In this document: positions 31,843 through 39,236 of the stretch, one piece after another
How the letters are laid out: every line of letters starts with the position of its first letter
Position numbering within the stretch: the stretch's first letter is position 1
DNA from: Halobacteriota archaeon
GTDB lineage: Archaea; Halobacteriota; Syntropharchaeia; Alkanophagales; Methanospirareceae
DNA length: 64,000 nt
NCBI GenBank assembly: GCA_049287525.1
Contig: JBAQFZ010000059.1
Coordinates: 3,045-67,044, forward strand
Direction of reading: 5' to 3'
Notes under the pieces: generated by a model
Database searches by the model: none
What the model was told of the DNA's origin: nothing
Seen by the model: only the letters and a program-made list of their open reading frames with translations
Translations under genes and position numbers: made by a program

Positions 31843-33732
31843 ATGGCAACGAAGGCAGGTTATGAAGAGGTAGGATTAAAAGCGGGCCTGGAGATACATC
31901 AGCAGTTAGACACGCAGACGAAACTATTCTGTAAATGCCCTACCCGGCTGCGAGACAAGAAAGAGTCAAACTTCTCGTTTATGCGATATTTGAGGGCGTC
32001 AAAGAGTGAAATGGGTGAGGTGGACGCAGCAGCACTTGAAGAGGTGAAATATAGCCAGACGTTCCTATACAAGAGCTACGACAGCACGTGTCTGGTGGAG
32101 AATGACGAAGAGCCACCGCGTGAATTGAACCGGGAAGCGATAGACATCGCGCTGGAAGTTGCGCTAATGCTGAAGATGAGTCCGCTGGATGAGATACATA
32201 CAATGCGAAAAATCGTGATTGACGGCTCAAACACATGTGGATTCCAGAGAACTGCGTTGATTGCGACCGATGGTGTGCTCCAGACGGAAGAAGGACATGT
32301 CAGGGTGGACTCGCTTTGCCTTGAAGAAGATGCGGCACAGAAGATAGAATCAGAAGGTGACGCTGTTGTCTATTCGCTAGACCGGCTGGGCATTCCGCTT
32401 GTGGAGATATGCACGGCACCGGATATAAGAACGGTGGACCAGGCGAGTAAAGTGGCAGAACAGCTCGGGATGATATTACGGTCCACGGGAAAAGTGAAGC
32501 GAGGTTTGGGGACAATCAGGCAGGACATAAACATCTCAATAGAAGGGGGAGCTCGTGTGGAGCTAAAAGGCGTTCAGAACCTGCGACTGATAGGAAGGCT
32601 GGTGGAGAACGAACTGATACGGCAGTTAAAGCTTATAGAGCTAAAAAAAACGTTGAATAAAAGGGGTGCAAGGGTCGAGCACCGGATAGAAGATTTATCC
32701 TGCATATTCATGAACTCGGCTTCCCGGGTGATAAAAAAAGCGGATGGCAACGTATATGGGGTATGTCTGCGTGGGTTCGCAGGGTTACTCGGGGTGGAGA
32801 TACAGCCGGATAGAAGATTCGGCAGTGAATTCGCGGATTTCGCAAGGAAATATAGCGCGGGTTTGATGCACACCGATGAACTGCCTGCGTATGGTATAAC
32901 GGAAGACGAAGTAAAGTGTCTGCGGGGCGTGTTCGACGCTGTGGCTGAAGATGATTGCGTGGTGATTGTGGCGGCGGGACGAGAACGTGCAGAGAAGGCG
33001 CTGAAGGCGGTGCTGCTGAGGGCAGAGGCAGCGATGCGAGGGATACCAACGGAGACAAGAAGAGCGTTACTAAACGGAACCAGCGCATATATGCGTCCCC
33101 TGCCTGGCGCCGCGAGGATGTATCCTGAGACAGACGTGCCGCCGGTAGAGATAGATATGCAGAAGCTGGAGCAGATTCAATCCAACCTTCCTGAAACGTT
33201 TGAGCATCGAAAAGCCCGTTATATGGAGACGTACCACCTAAATGACGAACTTGCGGATAAAATTGCACGTAACGTTAATTTTACGCTCTTCGAGCAGATA
33301 TTGGATTCGTATGAAGACATACCAGCAACGCTGGTGGTCAGGACTCTTACCGATACGCTGGTCGAATTGATGCAGGACGGAATGGAGGTAGAGCTGCTGG
33401 AGAATCAGCATTTCATGAACCTGTTCGAGCAGCTCTCGGCAAATGCGTTTGGCAAGGAAGCGATACCGGCTATTTTGAAGTTATTGGCGAAGGAGCCAGA
33501 AATGAGTGTGGAGCAGACAATAGCAGAAATAGGGCTTAAGGTGGATATGGCTGAAGTTAAGCAGCTCATAGTGGATATAGTGAACTCTAAGATGGCGTTT
33601 ATACGTGAGAACGGTGTAAGGGCGGTGGGGCCGCTGATGGGTGTGGTAATGAAGGAATTACGCGGGAAAGTGGATGGAAAGGTGATAAATAAGATACTGG
33701 AGGAACAGGTGAAGGAAGTTCTTTCTGGATGA
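31843..33732 (+). CDS. gatE: glutamyl-tRNA(Gln) amidotransferase subunit E
   Basis: GLKAGLEIHQQLDT..KLFCKCPT is the GatE N-terminal signature; 629 aa. Confidence 0.9.
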   Translation: MATKAGYEEVGLKAGLEIHQQLDTQTKLFCKCPTRLRDKKESNFSFMRYLRASKSEMGEVDAAALEEVKYSQTFLYKSYDSTCLVENDEEPPRELNREAIDIALEVALMLKMSPLDEIHTMRKIVIDGSNTCGFQRTALIATDGVLQTEEGHVRVDSLCLEEDAAQKIESEGDAVVYSLDRLGIPLVEICTAPDIRTVDQASKVAEQLGMILRSTGKVKRGLGTIRQDINISIEGGARVELKGVQNLRLIGRLVENELIRQLKLIELKKTLNKRGARVEHRIEDLSCIFMNSASRVIKKADGNVYGVCLRGFAGLLGVEIQPDRRFGSEFADFARKYSAGLMHTDELPAYGITEDEVKCLRGVFDAVAEDDCVVIVAAGRERAEKALKAVLLRAEAAMRGIPTETRRALLNGTSAYMRPLPGAARMYPETDVPPVEIDMQKLEQIQSNLPETFEHRKARYMETYHLNDELADKIARNVNFTLFEQILDSYEDIPATLVVRTLTDTLVELMQDGMEVELLENQHFMNLFEQLSANAFGKEAIPAILKLLAKEPEMSVEQTIAEIGLKVDMAEVKQLIVDIVNSKMAFIRENGVRAVGPLMGVVMKELRGKVDGKVINKILEEQVKEVLSG

Positions 33733-33807
33733 TAGATAATATGTGAGCGTTTCGTTTTAGTGTAGTTAGTGCAACCTTTATATTAGAAGAAGGAGATGTA
33801 TGTAATT

Positions 33808-33934
33808 GGGTATAGCGGCCATAGCGGCGGGGAAACTCCCGGACTCATCCCGAACCCGGCAGATAAGCCCGCCAGCGTTCCTTACGGTACTTAGTTGTGC
33901 GAGCACTTGGGAACTAAGGATCGCTGCTATGCCC
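33808..33934 (+). rRNA. rrf: 5S ribosomal RNA (standalone; no 16S or 23S in the window)
   Basis: GGGTATAGCGGCCATAGCGGCGGGG..CCCGGACTCATCCCGAACCCGGCAGATAAGCCCGCCAGCGTTCC...GTACT...TGGGAAC...GCTGCTATGCC. Conserved 5S loop A and helix II/III motifs. The 5' and 3' ends pair (GGTATAGCGGC with GCTGCTATGCC, including G:U pairs). Confidence 0.7.
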
Positions 33935-34004
33935 AACCCATTTCTTTCCGTTTTCCCAACCAAAGTAGCAGGGTGCCTATTTGTATATATATGCACGGTG
34001 ATGA

Positions 34005-34667
34005 TTGATGCCCGCTAGTAATACGAACTGGAATGAAATAGAGAAGGCGGTAAAGCGGTGTACGAAGTGCAAAGAGGCAGGTTTTATGGAGGTTAACTGT
34101 CCAGATGATCGAATACCCACATCAGAGCCACAAAACGTAAAACTACTGTTTGTTTCCGAAGCACCACCCCTGAATAACCGTTACTACTTCTTCCACGAGA
34201 GCACAAATGATAGACTGCGAAATAGTGTATTTGCACTTTTACGAACTGACCTCGACTATGAAATAAGCACGATTGCGGATTTTATTGCTACTGGTTTTTT
34301 TCTCCTCCCGACTGTGAAGTGCCCCAGCGCAAAAGAAGGACGAAATGCCGCACCCACCAGAAACGCCATAAAACTCTGTGCAGAACTGCATCTCAAACGT
34401 GAAATCGAGCATATAATGCCGGATGGTATCTGTTTATTAGGCAGAACAGCGTTACAGGGCTTTCTTATCTTACGTGATATGTGGGAGGCGCGAAGCTGCG
34501 GCAGTGTGGGCAGGACTTTGACCGAGTCCGCGGGAAAGGTGTTAGAAGTGAAGATTTTGGATAAAGACATCAAGGTTATCATTTCTTATTGGCCCACGAA
34601 GCGGCATCGTAAGTTTCATGAGATAAGCGAACACATAAAGATATTGTTGGACAAGAAAATAAATTAG
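34005..34667 (+). CDS. putative uracil-DNA glycosylase superfamily protein (family 4/5-like, Cys cluster); tentative
   Basis: CTKCKEAG...NC near the N-terminus; LLFVSEAPP resembles the UDG I(M)FVGEAPG motif. Weak overall similarity. Confidence 0.35.
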   Translation: MMPASNTNWNEIEKAVKRCTKCKEAGFMEVNCPDDRIPTSEPQNVKLLFVSEAPPLNNRYYFFHESTNDRLRNSVFALLRTDLDYEISTIADFIATGFFLLPTVKCPSAKEGRNAAPTRNAIKLCAELHLKREIEHIMPDGICLLGRTALQGFLILRDMWEARSCGSVGRTLTESAGKVLEVKILDKDIKVIISYWPTKRHRKFHEISEHIKILLDKKIN

Positions 34668-34995
34668 TGAGACTGATTAACGCTCGTGGGCTCTGCCCAC
34701 GTCCCGGCAAGCCCGGAAAGGGTTTGTTTCACGAGAAAAATCTTAGAGTTCTTGCTTAGATTTCTTGTCTTGTGTTAATCTTGTGAAATCTCGTGGTTTA
34801 TTAATTGCAATTTATTACTGGAATGACTATAATATAACAAACATGACAGATGAAAAGTTACCATGAAACCGTTTTTAGTCGCGGCGTACCCGTTACTATG
34901 ATAGAAGCGAGGGCGATAGATACTAAGCAAGCTCAGGAAATGGCAGAATCGCGTAGAGAGACGGTTGGAAATAGAGTGAATCTCAAAATCGGAAA

Positions 34996-35030
34996 AAATG
35001 AAAAGCCAGTTGTTCACTGGCTTATTTTTA
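34996..35030. terminator. bidirectional hairpin plus T/A-run terminator candidate at the 3' end of the surface-protein gene
   Basis: aagccag ttgttcact ggctt followed by atttttat on the plus strand; the reverse complement is also followed by ttcattttttcc. Confidence 0.45.
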
Positions 35031-36452
35031 TGCTATGCTAAATATCCCGGAATCATACGCCACAGGCGTCCATTTCGTTGATTTTGCCACTGCACGGAAT
35101 GCTTTATGTCCAGAAACTCCGGCTGGTATCTCAGCCCTGAGCGGTATCACCGCCTCGCCCCTGCCTGGTATTGCAACGTACGTAGACGTCCAGTTGAACC
35201 ATGCCATATCTGCTTGCCAATCCGGCGGTAGGTCACTATTATTGGTCAAATGAACGTGGAACAAGTCATCGAAGTTCTCGGTGCTCACGATTTTTATACT
35301 GAGATTCACTGTGGTACCCGCGGTTACGTTACTGAATCTCGGAAGAACAGCAACGCCAAGTCCGCCTTCGGGTCTTAGTTGTCCAGTCAATCTGATGAAT
35401 CCCGAGTAGTTACCGCCGGGTGTTTCGTTCGGTACATGTAACGAGAAATTTATCGGTGTTGGGATGCCACCTTTCAGATTTATATCGAATAAAACACCCG
35501 GGGAGAGAGTAAGCCATTGTTCAACCCCTTTTATCTTCGCATCCAGTTTATCTGCGGGTATAAGCCCTCCCGTCGCTGCTGTCATGTTCCAGGACTCTAT
35601 ACATAAAGCAATTGGTTCATTGCCCTCGTTCATGATCGTGGGCATGCCGGGTGTTGCCATGTCATCGTCACCGTCAACCCATTTCGTTTCGCTGCGGTTG
35701 ACAATGCCATAGTTTATCGCTGAGAAGTCAACCCTCAACGCTACTGAGGATAGATATTCGATGGTGCTCGTGTTATAACTATAATTACCGGTGTGATCGA
35801 ACACCTGTGTACAAACCGTATAGAGTCCGGCAGGATCAGAACAGGCGAAATTATCTTGAGCCACATATATCCACCCAGTTCCGTGCTCGAGATATTCTGT
35901 AATCTCCTCCTTCTCCTCAAATGTGATTGAACCTTCCGCGTATGCGTCTTCCACCGCATCATCACATGCTGCCCTGTCATCCAGTGGTTCAGCAACTGAC
36001 ATATCTTGCAGCTTGGAGTTACAACTACACGTTTCGTTGCATGGTTCACCGCAACATGACTCACCACCCGGACCGGGATAGAATGTTCTGACAACCACTT
36101 CTTTAATAGCCGCTTTGCCGTTTGTGCCACATGCAACAGCATACTTGCTTACTTTCACTGTCTGACCGGGGAAGGGATATACCTGCGTAAACACCTCTCC
36201 TAGCGTATTGTTGTACCGCCGCCAGTTATACTGCACTTTCGGTTGCTGCTTCACCGACACAACCCGGGCATGGGTAGGGACATTTACAGCGGCAAGACCC
36301 TCTGAACTCGTATAATTATAATTGGGATGGTTGATGCTGATGCTGATGTCCGCCGCGTTAGTACCTGTACCTGGCTGTGGGTTAGCACTTGCTATTGCTA
36401 TGCCCATGACTACCAAACCAACTCCAATTAAAATTAAAACTACTTTTTCCAT
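35028..36452 (-). CDS. secreted cysteine-rich cell-surface protein, paralogue of 37759..39096; shares its C-terminal ~110-aa domain with 39237..42077
   Basis: Signal peptide MEKVVLILIGVGLVVMGIAIASA. Conserved blocks ALDdRaACDDAVEaAY, GTGWIYV, CSDPAG.YTVC.QVFDH, IESWNMT, IPADKLDAKI, EQWL.L.PGVLF and FSLHVP shared with the 37759 protein. Many N-x-S/T sequons. Confidence 0.6.
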   Translation of the reverse strand: MEKVVLILIGVGLVVMGIAIASANPQPGTGTNAADISISINHPNYNYTSSEGLAAVNVPTHARVVSVKQQPKVQYNWRRYNNTLGEVFTQVYPFPGQTVKVSKYAVACGTNGKAAIKEVVVRTFYPGPGGESCCGEPCNETCSCNSKLQDMSVAEPLDDRAACDDAVEDAYAEGSITFEEKEEITEYLEHGTGWIYVAQDNFACSDPAGLYTVCTQVFDHTGNYSYNTSTIEYLSSVALRVDFSAINYGIVNRSETKWVDGDDDMATPGMPTIMNEGNEPIALCIESWNMTAATGGLIPADKLDAKIKGVEQWLTLSPGVLFDINLKGGIPTPINFSLHVPNETPGGNYSGFIRLTGQLRPEGGLGVAVLPRFSNVTAGTTVNLSIKIVSTENFDDLFHVHLTNNSDLPPDWQADMAWFNWTSTYVAIPGRGEAVIPLRAEIPAGVSGHKAFRAVAKSTKWTPVAYDSGIFSIA

Positions 36453-36453
36453 T

Positions 36454-37668
36454 TTATCTTATCCCGTCTTTCCTCATGGATAGAATTAATACAGCGCAGA
36501 AGATGGCGATTAGCGCACCAACTACGCCTATTGCTGGTAAGCCCTTCTTTTCTTCCGTGCCCTGAACTTCAAGCTGGAGTTCCTTCGGCTCCGTCTTCTT
36601 CCCCTCGTAGACCGCATAGCCTGTTATGCGGTAGCTGCCGGGTTTATCCAGTTTGAGGTAAGATGTGAGCGTAGTCGTCTCTTTCACCGGAACTTCAAAC
36701 TCGTCACTCTCGATTGTTTCTATGAGTTTTCCATTTCTGTGTACTTCACCCATGAACTTCGCATTTGTATCTATCTTACCCGTATTCTTGAAAGTTGCAA
36801 TCGTTTTTATCATTTCACCAACTGCGGGTTCGCCTTCATAGGATAGAGTACTCAAAATGCCTTCTCTCGTTAAAGTTCCCTTTTCAAGAACTTTAAAAGG
36901 TTGCTCCCGTTCATATAGAACATTGCTATCCAGTGATACCCGGACATTGACGAGATAATCACCAACTGCCTCTCCTTTTGTATCCCATTCAACAGGTATC
37001 TCCTCCAGTATATGAGGCTTCACCGCTTTTTCGGCTTTAGAGAATTTATCAATCACCATACCGGCTTTGCTAATATTAACAGCGATAACCGGCTTTGCCA
37101 CTACATTTCCCGTATTCCGGAACATCGTTTTTATTCGCAATGGATACCCTAACTCGGTATCCTGCAAGGTGATGCCGTTTACAACCCCTGTAAGAATCTG
37201 CTTACCCGTAACAAGAATAGTTACGTCAACAGGCATTCTGATTAACATCTGTGCACCAACGCCACTACTGCTTGCAGATGCGGGTACGTTCTCAACATAT
37301 ACCGTCGAGTTGTAGTTGCCGCTCGGTGCATCCACCGGTATCCGGAACTTGAGTAGTATCCGGGTAGAATTTTTACCGGGTACCGTTATATTTGTCAGCT
37401 CATTTCCCGTTTCATTATAATTATAGTAGCTAATCCAGTTGCTGAGTTCTCCTTCGGCATACGGTCTGAACGTCGTGGTCATCTCATCTGTGTTATGTAC
37501 AATTATCACATGCTCGTACTCTTCGCCCCTAAGCGCATCTGTTATCAAAACCCGGGAAGGCACCACGCCCAGCCCTATCGCACCGGCATTCGCTATAAAC
37601 ATAAGAAGCAATACCAGCATCACTCCGATCATAATGCCCGGTCTTCTCATTTGCGTTTCCATCTTCAT
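36454..37668 (-). CDS. secreted protein with C-terminal TM anchor and basic tail (type-I membrane-anchored surface protein)
   Basis: Signal peptide, beta-rich body, C-terminal GLPAIGVVGALIAIFCAVLILSMRKDGIR. Confidence 0.5.
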   Translation of the reverse strand: MKMETQMRRPGIMIGVMLVLLLMFIANAGAIGLGVVPSRVLITDALRGEEYEHVIIVHNTDEMTTTFRPYAEGELSNWISYYNYNETGNELTNITVPGKNSTRILLKFRIPVDAPSGNYNSTVYVENVPASASSSGVGAQMLIRMPVDVTILVTGKQILTGVVNGITLQDTELGYPLRIKTMFRNTGNVVAKPVIAVNISKAGMVIDKFSKAEKAVKPHILEEIPVEWDTKGEAVGDYLVNVRVSLDSNVLYEREQPFKVLEKGTLTREGILSTLSYEGEPAVGEMIKTIATFKNTGKIDTNAKFMGEVHRNGKLIETIESDEFEVPVKETTTLTSYLKLDKPGSYRITGYAVYEGKKTEPKELQLEVQGTEEKKGLPAIGVVGALIAIFCAVLILSMRKDGIR

Positions 37669-37758
37669 CTTATCAGGATTTGCTTTTAATAATAAAAAAA
37701 TAAAAACCCCGTAAAGGGGCTTACTCTTACTTATATAGTTCTATTTTTTTAGGTTTTT

Positions 37759-39096
37759 TTAACTGCTGTGTTTTCCCGTCAGTCTAATGCACCCGGTATA
37801 GTCGCCCTCCGGTGTATCGGTTGGCACGTGTAGCGAGAACTCTATCGGTGTGGGCACGCATCCTGGCAGACTCACGTTAAATAATACACCCGGTGGCAAT
37901 GCAAGCCACTGTTCAATCACGTTTATCTTGGCATCCAGTTTATCTGCGGGTATAACTCCACCCCCTGTTGAAGTCATGTTCCATGATTCTATAACAATGT
38001 CCATCGGGTCGTTACCATTGTTCTTCACATTGCCAGGGGTTACCCATTTCGTTTCGTTCCGAGTGACATTGCCATAATCCACCTCTGAGAAGTCTATCGC
38101 AAGCGCTATTATTGACAGATACTCGAATGTGTTTGCCATGCAGTCGAATAAACCTCCGTGGTCGAATACCTGAGCGCAGACGGTGTAGTTTCCCGCAGGG
38201 TCAGAGCAGTTGAAGTTGTTGTGCTCGACGTATATCCAGCCGGTGCCATTATCGAGATATTTCATGATGTCCGCCTTCTCATCCGCTGTGAGTAGTCCGT
38301 AGGTACGATATGCAGCCTCCACAGCATCATCGCATGCAGTCCGGTTGTCCAATGCCGTTGCCACGGATTCCTCTTTCAGCACGCAATCGCCAGGTTCACA
38401 ACAGTTTGATTCGTTGCACGGGGTGCAATTGCAAGCACTGCCATCACCGAGCGGCTTGAACGTTCTGACAACCACATTGCTAATGTCGTCCTTGCCGTCT
38501 GGGTCGCAAACAACGACATACTTGTCCACGGTTACGTTCTCACCCGGGATTGGATATACATTCGTATACCCATCACCCGGCGTATCATCTGGTGTCTCCC
38601 ATTTATACTGTACATTTGGCTCCTTGGGTATCACAATGACACTTGCATACGTGGGCACTCCGGGATTGACAGTGGTCTTGAGGTTGTGGTATGTGCTATT
38701 CTCTACAAGCAGACCCATGTAGTAAGCATTTCCAGTCACATTATGGTAGTAGTCACCAGGTGTAGCACTGGCGGGCACTCCTATGCCTAGTATAGAGTAT
38801 CTCGTTTCGTTGGCAGGTAAGTCAAACCCCACCGGGTTAAACGAATATGTCCATCCGGTTTGTTCTGGTTCGATGGTGAAATTCACATACTCGGTTTCCG
38901 TCGTTATGCTTTCAACACTCACGTTGTATGTTGCGGTTCCCCCCGGGCATACTTCATCTCCTATCGGTGTGACATCCATTGTAAACCCAGGGTGGCCTAA
39001 CTTGGCAGAGGATGCTCCTACAAGCACTGCCAATACCATAGACGCTACAAATACCGTCTTTAATATTGTTCTTTTTTCCATTTTTACTTTTTTCAC
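37759..39096 (-). CDS. secreted cysteine-rich cell-surface protein, paralogue of 35028..36452
   Basis: Signal peptide and the same conserved blocks as the 35028 protein (VVRTFkP, ALDNRTACDDAVEAAY, GTGWIYVE, ESWNMTS, IPADKLDAKI, FSLHVP). Confidence 0.6.
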   Translation of the reverse strand: MKKVKMEKRTILKTVFVASMVLAVLVGASSAKLGHPGFTMDVTPIGDEVCPGGTATYNVSVESITTETEYVNFTIEPEQTGWTYSFNPVGFDLPANETRYSILGIGVPASATPGDYYHNVTGNAYYMGLLVENSTYHNLKTTVNPGVPTYASVIVIPKEPNVQYKWETPDDTPGDGYTNVYPIPGENVTVDKYVVVCDPDGKDDISNVVVRTFKPLGDGSACNCTPCNESNCCEPGDCVLKEESVATALDNRTACDDAVEAAYRTYGLLTADEKADIMKYLDNGTGWIYVEHNNFNCSDPAGNYTVCAQVFDHGGLFDCMANTFEYLSIIALAIDFSEVDYGNVTRNETKWVTPGNVKNNGNDPMDIVIESWNMTSTGGGVIPADKLDAKINVIEQWLALPPGVLFNVSLPGCVPTPIEFSLHVPTDTPEGDYTGCIRLTGKHSS

Positions 39097-39236
39097 CTCC
39101 TATTTACCTTTTTCCCTTCCTAACCTTCTCCTTCACTTCCTTACCTTTCTTTCTCTTATTTTTTTAAAAAAAAAAATAAGCCAGCGTATGTATTGCTTGC
39201 TCCATTTTTTATTTTTTGTTTTGGTCGTTCTTGCTT

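Noticed and set aside
33778-34018. Two small ORFs (72 and 70 aa) across the 5S region
   Set aside because: They overlap the 5S rRNA. The rRNA motif conservation is a better explanation.
39150-39185. T7A11 palindrome (tttttttaaaaaaaaaaa) as a specific regulatory site
   Set aside because: It is a simple AT homopolymer junction in an intergenic region. It is probably just promoter or terminator A/T context, and there is no further evidence.
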